From an uncultured Candidatus Saccharibacteria bacterium (GTDB lineage: Bacteria > Patescibacteriota > Doudnabacteria > UBA920), in NCBI GenBank assembly GCA_964348935.1, contig CAYGEJ010000007.1, forward strand, positions 1-62,508: DNA of 62,508 nucleotides, read 5' to 3'. The notes below the pieces were generated by a model, which ran no database searches, was not told where the DNA came from, and saw only the letters and a list, made by a program, of their open reading frames with translations. Shown here one piece after another: positions 36,477 through 47,524 of the stretch. The stretch's first letter is position 1. Every line of letters begins with the position of its first letter. A program made the translations under genes and the position numbers.

Positions 36477-37911
36477 ATCAAAAGTCTTTATATTTGTAGT
36501 CATTTGTTTTGGTCTGGGAGTATTGCTAGCCTCTAAATTTAATTTCCAAAGTGAGGCTGTGTATGCGGTAATGGCTGGAATGGTGGCAGTGTTTGCAGTC
36601 TCCTATATTAATTTAAAGTTTAAAATAGCGCTTGGGGCGCTTTTTTTATTTTGTACCTGTTTGGGTATTTTAAGACTACAGACAGCTAATTATTTTAACG
36701 AATATGAAGGTTTGATTGGTACTAGGGTGAAACAGGAAGGCTTAATAATAGAAGAACCGGATATTCGAAGTAATGTACAATTACTAACTTTTAGGCCTGA
36801 CCATAAAACACAAAATATATTAGTTACTACGACTTTGGGACAAGAATTTTTTTATGGTGATAGAATTGTGGTGGAGGATAAGCTAGAGGAGGTAAAAAAT
36901 TTCAGTGACTTTGATTATGAGAAATATCTTGAACGCTTTAATACCTACGCGGTGATACGTTATCCAAAAATTTTAATATTAAAAAGTCATCAACTTAATC
37001 CTTTAAAAGAGAACTTGTTAAAAATTAAGAAAAGTTTTTCTGATAAAATTAGCAGTTTATATCTGGAGCCACAAGGAAGTTTACTCCTAGGAATTTTAAT
37101 TGGTTCAAAAAAGACTTTACCAAAAAAAATTGTTGAAAATTTTAACAAGACCGGAATCTCGCATATTGTGGCAGTTTCCGGTTTTAACATTACCATAATT
37201 ATTTCGGCCTTGGCCTCTTTAGCTTACATTTTTGGCAGAAAAGCCAGTTTTTATATGGCTAGCTTAACCATAATTGCTTTTGTTATTATTACCGGTGCTT
37301 CAGCATCCGTGGTGAGGGCAGGTACTATGGGATTTTTGCTACTGCTCGCATTAAGCATTGGTCGGCAGTATTCTATTGCTCCGGCAATTTTTTTGTCTGG
37401 ATTAGTTATGTTGTTACATAATCCAAAAATATTATTTTGGGATATTGGGTTTCAGCTTTCGTTTGTCGCTACGTTAGGAATTATTTATTTTACGCCGTTA
37501 CTAAATGAACTTACCAAAAATTGGCCAAAAATATTTGGGATTAAAACTTTGGTGTTAACGACGCTTTCGGCAATTATTACCACTTTGCCTTTTATATTAT
37601 TTAATTTTGGTATGTTAAGTCTATCTGCTCCTGCGGTAAATTTATTAGTTTTGCCATTTGTTCCAATTGTTATGCTTTTTGGTTTTTTGTCTATTTTGCC
37701 GTTTGTCGGTCCTGGGTTTGCTTTTATAACTTCAGGGTTACTTATTTATATAATTGAAGTGGTAAACTTTTTTGCCAATTTACCTTACAGTAATTTAAGT
37801 TTTAAAATTACCGCTTGGGGATTTTGGTTTTTGGCGTTGTCGGTTTTTGGGTTATTTTTTGGGTTTAAGTATATTGTTAGTAGACAACGGAGGAATGCTT
37901 CCATAAATTAA
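36463..37911 (+). CDS. comEC: competence channel ComEC/Rec2 (no MBL domain)
   Basis: GISHIVAVSGFN, SVVRA, DIGFQLSFVAT. Confidence 0.93.
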   Translation: MGLSKSKVFIFVVICFGLGVLLASKFNFQSEAVYAVMAGMVAVFAVSYINLKFKIALGALFLFCTCLGILRLQTANYFNEYEGLIGTRVKQEGLIIEEPDIRSNVQLLTFRPDHKTQNILVTTTLGQEFFYGDRIVVEDKLEEVKNFSDFDYEKYLERFNTYAVIRYPKILILKSHQLNPLKENLLKIKKSFSDKISSLYLEPQGSLLLGILIGSKKTLPKKIVENFNKTGISHIVAVSGFNITIIISALASLAYIFGRKASFYMASLTIIAFVIITGASASVVRAGTMGFLLLLALSIGRQYSIAPAIFLSGLVMLLHNPKILFWDIGFQLSFVATLGIIYFTPLLNELTKNWPKIFGIKTLVLTTLSAIITTLPFILFNFGMLSLSAPAVNLLVLPFVPIVMLFGFLSILPFVGPGFAFITSGLLIYIIEVVNFFANLPYSNLSFKITAWGFWFLALSVFGLFFGFKYIVSRQRRNASIN

Positions 37912-37955
37912 AGTCTTATGATAAAATAGTCTTTGAAACATTAACAGAAAAAACC

Positions 37956-38717
37956 ATGAGTAATAAGGCTTTATTTATTTCAATATTATTAATTATCTTA
38001 GTGGCAAGCGCCGGCGCCGGATATTTTTACTGGCAACAAACCAAGCCATTAAAGATAGAAGTGAAAGACCAGAATATGGATCAAACTAATTCCGAAAATA
38101 ACGACACAATAATACCGGTTGTTCCAGATAACACAACTGCCAACAATACAGACCCAGACCAGTGTGTTAGAAATTTTGACGCAAATAAATTAGCTCAAAA
38201 CGGCAGTATAAAAATTTCAGGTAGGCAAGTGGAGCTGGATGTTAAGGGTTTTGGAAAAATCAATTTGGAATTTTATGACAAAGATGCTCCAAAAACTGTA
38301 GAAAACTTTTTAAGACTCGCAGACTCAGGTTACTTTAATTGTTTAACTTTCCACCGTGTTGCTAAAGGGTTTGTTATTCAAGGTGGGGATCCAAATGGTA
38401 ATGGTACAGGTGGAATTAGCGCTTTTGGTGCTAAGTTTGAAGATGAGCTAAATCCAAACACCCCAAGCTATAAAGCAGGCTATGTTAAAGGTGTTCTTGC
38501 AATGGCAAATTCCGGACCAGGAACAAATGGCAGTCAATTTTTTATAATGTTGGCCGATAATCAATTGCCGAACGCTTACACAATTTTTGGTAAAGTTTCT
38601 TCAGGTATGGATATCGTAGAAAAAATTGGACAGGTAGATATTACTCCTCAAATGGGGCCAACTGATGGAGCTCCAAAAACTCCAGTAGTTATGCAAAGCG
38701 TAAAAATTATTAAGTAA
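37956..38717 (+). CDS. cyclophilin-type peptidyl-prolyl isomerase, membrane-anchored
   Basis: APKTVENF, FHRVAKGFVIQGGDP, LAMANSGP.TNGSQFFI, YTIFGKV. Confidence 0.95.
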   Translation: MSNKALFISILLIILVASAGAGYFYWQQTKPLKIEVKDQNMDQTNSENNDTIIPVVPDNTTANNTDPDQCVRNFDANKLAQNGSIKISGRQVELDVKGFGKINLEFYDKDAPKTVENFLRLADSGYFNCLTFHRVAKGFVIQGGDPNGNGTGGISAFGAKFEDELNPNTPSYKAGYVKGVLAMANSGPGTNGSQFFIMLADNQLPNAYTIFGKVSSGMDIVEKIGQVDITPQMGPTDGAPKTPVVMQSVKIIK

Positions 38718-38826
38718 TATTGCTAATTTACACATAAGCGAATATTAACCAATGATAACTAATTCTGGTAATTTAGCATTAGTAGTCATTGGTAAAATAA
38801 GAATAAATATTAATTTGTAAAAATAT

Positions 38827-39321
38827 ATGGAACAAAGTTTAGTTTTATTAAAACCAGATGCAATTGATAGAGGGGTTATTGGAGAAATTGTTACCCGGTT
38901 TGAAAAAGCAGGATTTAAAATTGCCGGTTTGAAAATGATCCAGGCACCAAAAGAAACAGCTGAGAAGCATTACACAGAGGACTTAGCTATAAGACGCGGA
39001 CAGCATGTCAGGGATTTAATGGTAGACATGATTACTTCCGGACCAATTGTAGCAATAGTTTTAGAAGGCGTAGAAGCGGTTGAAAATGTCCGCAAAATGG
39101 TCGGCACCACTGAACCTAAATCTGCTCTTCCAGGAACCATTCGAGGAGACTATTCCCATGTTTCCTTTAAGCACGCTGATAGTAAAAAAATTGGTGTTTA
39201 CAATTTAATTCATGCTTCGGGAAGTGTGGAAGAAGCTCCAATTGAAATTGCTGTTTGGTTTGCACCAGAAGAATTAAGTGCTCACAAGCCAGGATACACA
39301 AAACATACTATTGCGTACTAA
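38827..39321 (+). CDS. ndk: nucleoside-diphosphate kinase
   Basis: LLKPDA, PGTIRGDY, NLIHASGS. Confidence 0.96.
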   Translation: MEQSLVLLKPDAIDRGVIGEIVTRFEKAGFKIAGLKMIQAPKETAEKHYTEDLAIRRGQHVRDLMVDMITSGPIVAIVLEGVEAVENVRKMVGTTEPKSALPGTIRGDYSHVSFKHADSKKIGVYNLIHASGSVEEAPIEIAVWFAPEELSAHKPGYTKHTIAY

Positions 39322-39427
39322 ATTGCGGATATGCAGTTATAAACAAAGTTTAAAAAACAATCCCGACATATTGGGATTGTTTTTTAAAGATTATGTTATC
39401 GTGTAAGTTATTCTTAGCTGTGTGGTA

Positions 39428-40942
39428 TTATTTTCTTCGAAAGAATTTTGGAAGATTAAAATCATTTAATTTGAGTTCTTTAACTCGTTGAATAATACCT
39501 TTGTCGTGTTCATTTAAATAATGTCGAATTTTACTCCGGGCTCCACTGGTCTTGGCGGACTTAAGCCAGTCTCTGGAGATAACGCTGGGTTTTTTGGTTT
39601 TAATAATTTCAACCACGTCTTCATTTTCCAGCTCGTCGTAGATTTTTCGCATTTTGCCGTTAATTTTAGCGCCCATCATATGGTAGCCAAGGTCGGTATG
39701 CACGGCGAAGGCAAAATCGATAACTGTGGCTCCGTGCGGGAGATCTTTAATATCGCCTTTTGGTGTAAAGACAAAAATCCTATCACGAAAGAAATCTATT
39801 TTTAAACTTTCCAAAAATTCTTCGGGGTTAGCCGTCTCTTCTTGCCAGGACTGTAGTTCTTTAATCCATTTAGCACTGAGCCTGCCTGTAGTTTCCGGTT
39901 TGCCTTCCTCGGCATAGAACCAGTGAGCGGCCACACCACGCTCAGCTTCTTCGTGCATTAAGTCGGTACGAATTTGAATTTCAAAGGTTTTACCTTTATT
40001 GTAGAACACTGTTGTATGGATACTTTGGTAGCCGTTGGGTTTAGGGGTGGCGATAAAGTCTTTAATTCTTCCAGGTACCGGCTGAAAATGTTTATGAATT
40101 ACACCAAGTACAGCATAACAATCTGAAATAGATTTGGTAATAATTCTTAAAGCTACGAAATCGTGAATTTTTGTTAAGTCACCCTCGTACTTCTCAATTT
40201 TTTTAAAAAGGGAATAGAGTCGTTTTACACGTCCTGAAATTTCTAAGTATTTAATACCTTCTATTTTCAGCATATGCGAAATACTTTTTTCCATTAGCTT
40301 TACGCTTTCTTTTCTCTCTTCCAATTCTTTTTCCAGTATTTCTTTAGTTTCCTGGTATTTTTGTGGGTATACAATTTTAAATGATAAGTCTTCTAATTCA
40401 TCTTTCCAACCGCCAATGCCTAATCGTCCAGCAATTGGGGCGTAGATTTCCAAAGTCTCTTGCGCGACTTTCACTTGTTTTTCTGGTGGAATGAATTCAA
40501 TTGTTCTCATGTTGTGAATGCGGTCGGCCAGTTTAATTAAGATCACCCGAATATCCTTACTAGTGGCAATAAAAAGCTTACGTAAGTTTTCTACATAAAA
40601 CTTATCCTTGCTATCTTTCATTCTTACGTGTCCTAATTGGGTAACGCCATCAATTAAATCGGTAATTTCTTGACCAAAAGTTTCATTAATTGTTTCTAGA
40701 GTTACCGTGGTGTCTTCCGGCACATCATGCAGTAGGGTGGCGGCAAGGGTAGACGCATCTGGAAAAATTTGAGAGAGAATAATTGCGGCATCTTTCACGT
40801 GAATAAAATACTCTTCGCCACTTTTTCTTTTTTGACCTTCGTGAGCTTTTTTGGAGAACTCGTAGGCGGCTTTAAGAACCTGTTCTTGTTCAGGTGTGAA
40901 TTTATGAGGTAAAGCGTTTAAAAAGTCTTTATATTGTTTCAT
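39428..40942 (-). CDS. RelA/SpoT homologue (HD + synthetase + TGS; no ZFD/ACT)
   Basis: LLHDVPEDT, KLADRIHNMRT, PKPNGYQSIHT, EIQIRT, VFTPKG, DFAFAVHT. Confidence 0.93.
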   Translation of the reverse strand: MKQYKDFLNALPHKFTPEQEQVLKAAYEFSKKAHEGQKRKSGEEYFIHVKDAAIILSQIFPDASTLAATLLHDVPEDTTVTLETINETFGQEITDLIDGVTQLGHVRMKDSKDKFYVENLRKLFIATSKDIRVILIKLADRIHNMRTIEFIPPEKQVKVAQETLEIYAPIAGRLGIGGWKDELEDLSFKIVYPQKYQETKEILEKELEERKESVKLMEKSISHMLKIEGIKYLEISGRVKRLYSLFKKIEKYEGDLTKIHDFVALRIITKSISDCYAVLGVIHKHFQPVPGRIKDFIATPKPNGYQSIHTTVFYNKGKTFEIQIRTDLMHEEAERGVAAHWFYAEEGKPETTGRLSAKWIKELQSWQEETANPEEFLESLKIDFFRDRIFVFTPKGDIKDLPHGATVIDFAFAVHTDLGYHMMGAKINGKMRKIYDELENEDVVEIIKTKKPSVISRDWLKSAKTSGARSKIRHYLNEHDKGIIQRVKELKLNDFNLPKFFRRK

Positions 40943-40971
40943 ATATAATATTATAACAAACATTATGGTAT

Positions 40972-41400
40972 AAAAAAACCGTTGCTACGAGAGCAACGGT
41001 GAGCAGGATAAGATTCCTTGACGCGAGACAGGTGTTACAGTTATTGACTTGCCAGTCTGACTTAGCAGGTTGCCGGGAAGCAACCTATACACAAGAAGTA
41101 TATTTTTTATACCTCTGTCGGCCTTGGGCTGACTTATGGCCAGTGCCGTGCCAAACGTAACAATCTCACATACCTTGAATGCAGGGATTTCTTTCCTCTT
41201 TATGTTTTTCTCACCGTACCTGTAACTAACGACAGGATTTTTGTTCTAGAGTAAACTGCCCGGTCTTTAACCCGGTTAGTTTTTCCACTCAGTCTTCTTT
41301 CTTTGTTATTCAATAACTTTTAGGCACATTTGTACCTTAAAAAGATAAGTCATTGAAAACTGGGAATTGGACTTAGGATACTACAAGCATGCTGTAGAAC
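40972..41400 (-). ncRNA. candidate ~430-nt non-coding transcript or leader upstream of rel
   Basis: Minus-strand TTGACA promoter at 41434-41429, many hairpins, terminator ACCGTTGCT..AGCAACGG-T7, no ORF of 60 aa or more. Confidence 0.35.
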
Positions 41401-41512
41401 ACTTAAATTTATAATAAATAAGGCCTTTTGTCAATGAGGGTGAATCTAGTTATAATTGTAATAATTGGTTCTGTAAATCTTAAATCCTACATTTTAAATC
41501 TTATATAACAAA

Positions 41513-42439
41513 ATGCCCGAACTACCAGAAGTAGAAACAATAGTAAGTGAATTAAATGCAAAGTTAAAAAACCGTAAAATAAAAACAGTTGTAATTAATG
41601 CGCCAAAAATTATTTCTATTGGACCTGAAACTGTATCTAACCGAAGAGAAGTATCTACAAAAAATGTTCAGTATTTTATAAGTTCATTACTAGGACAAAA
41701 AGTTATAAGAGTTAAAAGAAGAGCTAAAATATTAATTTTTAGTTTTAGTGGTGAACTTACCATGCTTGTACATTTAAAAATGACAGGGCAGTTTATTTTT
41801 GAAGACAAAGCTCAAAAAAAGTTAACGGGTAGCAAGTATAGAATGCTAAATAGGCTCCATGCGCCATTGGTTCAACTTCCAGGAAAGCATACACATGTAG
41901 TTTTTGAATTTGCCGACGGTTCTACTTTATATTTTAACGACGTAAGAAGGTTTGGATATTTAAAGTTAATACAAAATAATCAACTTCCAGAAGTTAAAGA
42001 GTTTACTGAATACGGCCCTGAGCCATTGCAAAAAAATTTTAGTTTTGAAGTTTTTGAAACAGCAGTAAAGAAGAAAAAGAACGGACTTATAAAGCAGGTG
42101 ATAATGGATAATAGCGTAGTGGTAGGAATTGGAAATATTTATAGTGATGAAATTTTATTTCATGCAAAAGTTGACCCTACCAGAAAAGTAGTAAGTATCA
42201 AGGAACAAGAATTAAGGAATATCTACCGTTGGATAAAACCTATACTAATTAAAGGAATTAAGGCGAAGGGCTCCAGTGTGGGGGACTTTGTTAGGACTGA
42301 TGGCACTTGGGGGCAAATGGGGAAGTTTCATTTTGTTTACGGGCGTAAGGGGCGAGAATGTAAAAAGTGTGGTACGATAATTGAAAGTATTAAAGTTGGT
42401 GGCAGGACAGCCAGTTTCTGTCCAAAATGCCAGAAGTAG
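41513..42439 (+). CDS. mutM: formamidopyrimidine-DNA glycosylase
   Basis: MPELPEVET, HLKMTG, DVRRFG, GIGNIYSDE, C-terminal Zn finger CKKC..CPKCQ. Confidence 0.96.
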   Translation: MPELPEVETIVSELNAKLKNRKIKTVVINAPKIISIGPETVSNRREVSTKNVQYFISSLLGQKVIRVKRRAKILIFSFSGELTMLVHLKMTGQFIFEDKAQKKLTGSKYRMLNRLHAPLVQLPGKHTHVVFEFADGSTLYFNDVRRFGYLKLIQNNQLPEVKEFTEYGPEPLQKNFSFEVFETAVKKKKNGLIKQVIMDNSVVVGIGNIYSDEILFHAKVDPTRKVVSIKEQELRNIYRWIKPILIKGIKAKGSSVGDFVRTDGTWGQMGKFHFVYGRKGRECKKCGTIIESIKVGGRTASFCPKCQK

Positions 42440-42487
42440 TTGCAAGTATATTATAAATAAAAGTATATAAAATAATAAAATTATTAT

Positions 42488-42697
42488 ATGAATGAAGAAC
42501 AAAACCAACCGGTACAAATTACTACAGAAGAAATGCTTAAAGAAATTTATGAGAATACTCGTAAAACTAAGAATTACATAAAGTGGCAATTGTATATAAC
42601 TGTAATTTTAGTCGTACTGCCATTGTTAGCCGCTTTAATGATTGTGCCAATGGTACTAAGTAGTCTATCAAACAGTTATGGAAGCTTGTTGCAATAA
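42488..42697 (+). CDS. small membrane protein
   Basis: 69 aa with one TM. Confidence 0.65.
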   Translation: MNEEQNQPVQITTEEMLKEIYENTRKTKNYIKWQLYITVILVVLPLLAALMIVPMVLSSLSNSYGSLLQ

Positions 42698-42706
42698 TTA
42701 ATCGAT

Positions 42707-42771
42707 TTTACACACTTACGAAGTAAGACGCGTGCAGAATTCGTAAGTTCGTAAAATTTAGTATTTCGTAA
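42707..42771. mobile_element. gene-less, partly degenerate copy of the GxxExxY element ends
   Basis: 42740-42771 matches the reverse complement of 25891-25922 at 30/32 nt; partial left end TTTACACACTTACGAA. Confidence 0.65.
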
Positions 42772-42775
42772 ATAT

Positions 42776-43123
42776 ATGCAAGACGAAAGATTTCAAGAGT
42801 TAGTAGAAATGGCAAAAAAACATTTCAAAAATGTGAAATTAACTTTGGAAGATATTCTTGTGGACAGAGAAGATGGTCCGGAAAAACAAGGGACGCAGGA
42901 TGTTTTGGAATTTGAGCATTTAAACGGCAGTCGTTATAGAATTGTTCGAGAGAACAAACCTATAGTTTTAGAGAAAAAGGAATTGTATTCACATAGAGCC
43001 GGTCAGGCAGCGCAGGCCTTATATACTTTTTCCGAAACAGAGTTCTCGCATAAGCTTAGAGTATTTAAAGAAGTGGATTTTGATGAGTGGGAAGAGATTA
43101 CTTTAGATAAAATGGGGTTGTAA
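42776..43123 (+). CDS. hypothetical protein
   Basis: 115-aa ORF in an operon-like run. Confidence 0.7.
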   Translation: MQDERFQELVEMAKKHFKNVKLTLEDILVDREDGPEKQGTQDVLEFEHLNGSRYRIVRENKPIVLEKKELYSHRAGQAAQALYTFSETEFSHKLRVFKEVDFDEWEEITLDKMGL

Positions 43124-43128
43124 ACAGA

Positions 43129-44043
43129 ATGTTAAAACAAAGAATACTAGCCACCTTAAGATTTTTTGATTTACAGGAGTATCCACTCACTCTTTTGGAA
43201 TTGCACAAATTTCTAATTGCCAATGTTGATAATCTTAAATTACATATAGATGCTCAAGGGGAAACTAAGGAGTTGGTGTTGACTCAGGAAGACATAATTA
43301 CAATAGATCAGGTTTTGTATTGTGTTGAGCAGGAGTGCGGGGGAGTGGTAGAAAATTATTTAGGTTTTTATTGTTTACCTGGCAGAAAAAGTATTATTGA
43401 CCAAAGACTTGCAAATTATTTTTATGGAATTAGTAGAGAAAAAAATATCCGCAGGTTCGTAAAGTATTTGAATTTTATACCTTTTGTTAGAGGAGTGGCT
43501 TTAGGTGGAAGTCAGGCAATGGGTTTGCAGAAAGAAGGATCCGATATTGATCTATTAATTATTACTGACCCGCAATATATTTGGCTAACTCGAACACTGG
43601 TAACGGCTTTTTTCCAATTATTGGGCAAAAGACGCTACGGGATTCACATAAAAAATAGATTTTGTTTGAATCATTATTTGGCAGGGCCAAAGAAATTGTC
43701 AGATTTTAAAAACCTCTATACTGCGTATGAATATTTAAGACTTAGAACTTTAGTTGGACCTCATAGTGTTTGGCAATTTAAAAAAGCCAATGAAAATTGG
43801 TTAAGATTCTTTTTTCCTAACAATGTATTATTAGAGCCTGATAATATTAATCAAAATCAGTTTCAGAATATATTTGAAACATTATTGAATAACAACTTTG
43901 GACTAGCTTTGGAAAGATTTTTAAAAACCTGGCAATTGCCAAAGATAAAACAAGAAAAGTTTATTGTGGTGGAAGAAGACGAGCTTTCATTTCATCCGGA
44001 AAGCAAACAACAAGCCTTGCTCTCAAGTTTTTTTAAAGTTTAG
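43129..44043 (+). CDS. Pol-beta-type nucleotidyltransferase domain protein
   Basis: PFVRGVALGGS.AMG....SDIDLLII (GS..DxD). Confidence 0.8.
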   Translation: MLKQRILATLRFFDLQEYPLTLLELHKFLIANVDNLKLHIDAQGETKELVLTQEDIITIDQVLYCVEQECGGVVENYLGFYCLPGRKSIIDQRLANYFYGISREKNIRRFVKYLNFIPFVRGVALGGSQAMGLQKEGSDIDLLIITDPQYIWLTRTLVTAFFQLLGKRRYGIHIKNRFCLNHYLAGPKKLSDFKNLYTAYEYLRLRTLVGPHSVWQFKKANENWLRFFFPNNVLLEPDNINQNQFQNIFETLLNNNFGLALERFLKTWQLPKIKQEKFIVVEEDELSFHPESKQQALLSSFFKV

Positions 44044-44760
44044 GGTAAGTAGCAAAGGGAATAGTGAAAGCTGATAGTTTAAATCAAATTTGGTACTTGG
44101 AGCTTCTGGTTTTATTTCTTGGGTTTGAATTAGTTCAAATCCAAATTTTTTGGCATTTAAAATATAATCTGACAAATTGTAAAAGTAGGAATCTATTAGT
44201 GAATTTTTTGCGTACTCTCGTTGAATCTGACCAGAAGGAGGAGTGCTTTTAATTTGAAGTTGTGGTTTTTGTCCGAGTAGAATATTCATTATACTTCGTT
44301 TCCATTCAGCTGCTGGGTAGGTGTATTTTGGGTTTGGTATGGTGGTTATTAAGTTACCGTTTGGTTTTAAAACACCACTAATATTTTTAAAGACTTCAGG
44401 TAGTTTTTCAACGTCTGGCAGAACCATATTTAATATGACAACATTAAATTCTTCATTAGGGTAGGGTAGCGAGTGTTCCAAGTCAGTTACTTGAAAATTA
44501 ATTTTGGAAAAATGCGATTTGGCAAAATTAATTAAAAATATTGAGGCATCACAAGCATTAATATGGGAATAATTCTGTTTGAGTATTTCCGAAAGCCAGC
44601 CATTTCCGCATCCCGCGTCTAAAATTTTAATGTTTGTATCTTTAGGTAACAGCGATAATATACTGTGAGCCAAAACTCTTTTTTGGATTTCGCCATTTGG
44701 GGAATTTAAAAAATCCAAATATTTTATGGCGGAAATTGGATTTATGTAAGCATTTTTCAT
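44023..44760 (-). CDS. class I SAM-dependent methyltransferase
   Basis: ILDAGCGNG, LPYPNEEFNVV, VLKPNG. Confidence 0.9.
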   Translation of the reverse strand: MKNAYINPISAIKYLDFLNSPNGEIQKRVLAHSILSLLPKDTNIKILDAGCGNGWLSEILKQNYSHINACDASIFLINFAKSHFSKINFQVTDLEHSLPYPNEEFNVVILNMVLPDVEKLPEVFKNISGVLKPNGNLITTIPNPKYTYPAAEWKRSIMNILLGQKPQLQIKSTPPSGQIQREYAKNSLIDSYFYNLSDYILNAKKFGFELIQTQEIKPEAPSTKFDLNYQLSLFPLLLTLNFKKT

Positions 44761-44896
44761 AAGCATAGTATACCATAAAATATTTGGATTTTTTTAAGGT
44801 GGTAATGCTTTGAGCTGTGCGGGAGTTATTGCTCAGGACTTGCGATTTCAGGCTTTTTACGGGGTTGACAACGGCTAAATTTTTGCTAAAATAGCT

Positions 44897-44923
44897 TTAG
44901 CACTCTAAAGTCACGAGTGATAA
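44897..44923 (+). promoter_or_regulatory. CIRCE element (HrcA operator)
   Basis: TTAGCACTC-N9-GAGTGATAA downstream of a TTGACA..TAAAAT promoter and upstream of groES. Confidence 0.92.
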
Positions 44924-44959
44924 TTTATAAATACAGATAATTAAAAAGGAGTAAAATAT

Positions 44960-45265
44960 ATGAAAGTAAAACCTTTAGGTAATCGCGTACTTGTAAAACA
45001 GCTTTCCAGTGAGGAAGTAACCAAGTCTGGAATTGTCTTGCCTGATACAGCAGATAAGGAAAAAAAAGCTCAAGGTAAAATTGTTGAACTGGGTAATGGC
45101 AACGAAATAGCCACTTTAGGGCTTAAGATTGGTGATACAGTTGTCTTTGGTAAATATGCAGGTGAGGAAGTAGAAGTGGAAGAAGAAGGTAAGAAGCAGG
45201 AGTATAAAATTTTATATGTTGGAAAAGAGAAAGACGACAGTGACGTTTTAGCAATTGTTGAATAA
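44960..45265 (+). CDS. groES: co-chaperonin GroES
   Basis: KPLGNRVLV, TKSGIVLPDTA, FGKYAGEEV. Confidence 0.96.
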   Translation: MKVKPLGNRVLVKQLSSEEVTKSGIVLPDTADKEKKAQGKIVELGNGNEIATLGLKIGDTVVFGKYAGEEVEVEEEGKKQEYKILYVGKEKDDSDVLAIVE

Positions 45266-45348
45266 TTAATCTATCCACCAACTCACGAATAAACACTGGT
45301 GTTATTAATTTTTTGAATTTGTGGGTTTAGCGGATTTATGGAGTACTT

Positions 45349-47028
45349 ATGAGCAAACTTATTAAATATGGCTATGAAGCTAAGCAAGCAATTAAAGCTG
45401 GGGTAGATAAATCTGCCAATGTGGTTAAGGTTACCCTTGGACCAACTGGTAAGACCGTAATTTTGGATAAGGGTTTTGGTAGTCCGTCTGTAACAGACGA
45501 TGGAGTTACTGTTGCCAAAGAAATTGAACTGGAAGATAAATTTGAAAATGTCGGTGCTTCTTTAATTCAGGAAGTGGCGAATAAGACTAACGAGGCTGCT
45601 GGTGACGGCACGACCACCGCTACTGTCCTGGCGCAAAAAATGATTGAGGAAGCTTTTGGTGCCGTGGCTATTAACTCGTCACGTGCCAATGATATAAAAA
45701 AAGGTATGGATAAGGCTGTGGCATTTGTAGTGGAAGAGCTTAATAAAATGAAGAAAGAAGTAAAAGGTAGGGAGGAGATTGAACAGGTTGCCACCATTGC
45801 TTCCTTAGACCCGGAAGTTGGTAAGCTTATTGCTGAAGCAATGGAAGAGGTTGGGAATGATGGTGTAATTACCGTCGAAGAAGGGCAAACCACAGGCCTT
45901 GAAAAAGAAGTGGTTAAAGGTATGCGTTTCGATAAAGGGTTTGTAAATCCATATATGGTTACCAATTCTGAAAGAATGGAAGCTGTGTGGGAAGACGCGC
46001 ATATTTTAATTACCGACAAGAAAATTTCTTCCGTTCAGGAAGTCTTACCACTCTTAGAAAAAGTTGCTCAAAGTGGAAAAAAGGATTTAGTTATAATTGC
46101 CGATGAAATAGAAGGTGAAGCTTTAACAACTTTTGTATTGAACAAATTGCGCGGTACCTTTAATGTCTTAGCAGTTAAGGCTCCTGGTTTTGGGGACCGT
46201 AGAAAAGAAATGCTTCAGGATATAGCTGTACTTACCGGTGGAAATGTTATTACTGACGATTTGGGATTGAAAATGGATAAGACTGAAATTACAGATTTGG
46301 GTCATGCCAGAAAAGTGATTGCTACCAAAGAATTTACAACTATTGTTGGTGGGGCAGGTGACAAGGCAAAGATTGATGCCCGTGTCGCTCAAATAAAAGC
46401 TGAATATAAGAATTCAACTTCTGATTACGATAAAGAAAAATTTCAAGAACGTATGGCTCGGCTAACTGGCGGAGTTGGTGTAATTAAAGTTGGCGCCTTT
46501 ACTGAAACTGAAATGAAAGCCAAGAAGTTTAAAATTGAAGATGCGCTTAATGCTACTCGCGCTGCGGTAGAAGAAGGTATAATTGCCGGTGGTGGTGCTG
46601 CTTTGGCTCGCATTGCGCCAAGACTCGACAACTTTGGCGAGAATTTGAACGATGCTGAACGCGCTGGTGTGAAAGTTATTCGTAATTCTTTAGAAGCACC
46701 GCTTAGACAAATTGCTGAGAACTCCGGGATTGAAGTGACAGGAATTTTGCACGCTATTCAAAATGATCAAAATTCCAATATTGGATTTAACTTTGGTGCA
46801 TTTACTGAAAAGAATTGGAAAGATGGAATGGTGGATATGATGAAGCATGGAATTGTTGACCCGGTTAAAGTTACCAGATTGGCTTTGGAGAATGCTGTGT
46901 CTATTGCTTCTACATTAGTTACCAGTGAAGCTATTGTAGTAGATAAACCGGAAGCTCATCCGCCAGTTGGCGGACCAGCCGGGGCTGGTATGGGCGGGGG
47001 AATGGGTGGTATGGGCGGAATGTACTAG
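45349..47028 (+). CDS. groEL: chaperonin GroEL
   Basis: [25 protein letters not shown] tail. Confidence 0.98.
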   Translation: MSKLIKYGYEAKQAIKAGVDKSANVVKVTLGPTGKTVILDKGFGSPSVTDDGVTVAKEIELEDKFENVGASLIQEVANKTNEAAGDGTTTATVLAQKMIEEAFGAVAINSSRANDIKKGMDKAVAFVVEELNKMKKEVKGREEIEQVATIASLDPEVGKLIAEAMEEVGNDGVITVEEGQTTGLEKEVVKGMRFDKGFVNPYMVTNSERMEAVWEDAHILITDKKISSVQEVLPLLEKVAQSGKKDLVIIADEIEGEALTTFVLNKLRGTFNVLAVKAPGFGDRRKEMLQDIAVLTGGNVITDDLGLKMDKTEITDLGHARKVIATKEFTTIVGGAGDKAKIDARVAQIKAEYKNSTSDYDKEKFQERMARLTGGVGVIKVGAFTETEMKAKKFKIEDALNATRAAVEEGIIAGGGAALARIAPRLDNFGENLNDAERAGVKVIRNSLEAPLRQIAENSGIEVTGILHAIQNDQNSNIGFNFGAFTEKNWKDGMVDMMKHGIVDPVKVTRLALENAVSIASTLVTSEAIVVDKPEAHPPVGGPAGAGMGGGMGGMGGMY

Positions 47029-47111
47029 ACTAGGTTATAGATGTTAGGTAAGACAAGTAAAAAGAAAACCCTGTCTCACGTTGGGACAGGGTTTTATGGT
47101 ATAATTGGAGT

Positions 47112-47366
47112 ATGATAGAAAAATATGAACATGAGCATCAAGGAAACATTCAAGAGCTACTAACTTTTATATTGAAGTCGGGGTTATTTACTGAAAAACA
47201 GTTTGCTAAGTTAGGTAGTGTTATGGAAACCGCACCTGCAATGGTAAAAAGGGTGGAAGGGATTTATAATATTTCAAAAATGCCCACTCAAGAAAATAAG
47301 AAGTCTTATTTGGCTTTACTCGAGACTCTACGTGAAGATATTAAGGCTTTATCGGAAGCCGAATAA
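47112..47366 (+). CDS. hypothetical protein
   Basis: 84-aa ORF with GGAG upstream. Confidence 0.55.
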   Translation: MIEKYEHEHQGNIQELLTFILKSGLFTEKQFAKLGSVMETAPAMVKRVEGIYNISKMPTQENKKSYLALLETLREDIKALSEAE

Positions 47367-47524
47367 AATAATTAGTGCCTTAAATAAGCTATATTTTATA
47401 CAAAACACCTTATTGTCTTGACAAAAGGGTGTTTTTGGTGTATACTATTTGGTCACGCTTAATTGCGTTACATTAAAAATAGAATAATACGTTTGTGTGT
47501 TTTTGCAGGAGAATATACGAACTT

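Noticed and set aside
39428..40942. Truncated Rel as a pseudogene
   Set aside because: Hydrolase and synthetase motifs are intact and the ORF ends cleanly after the TGS region, which fits a short-form Rel.
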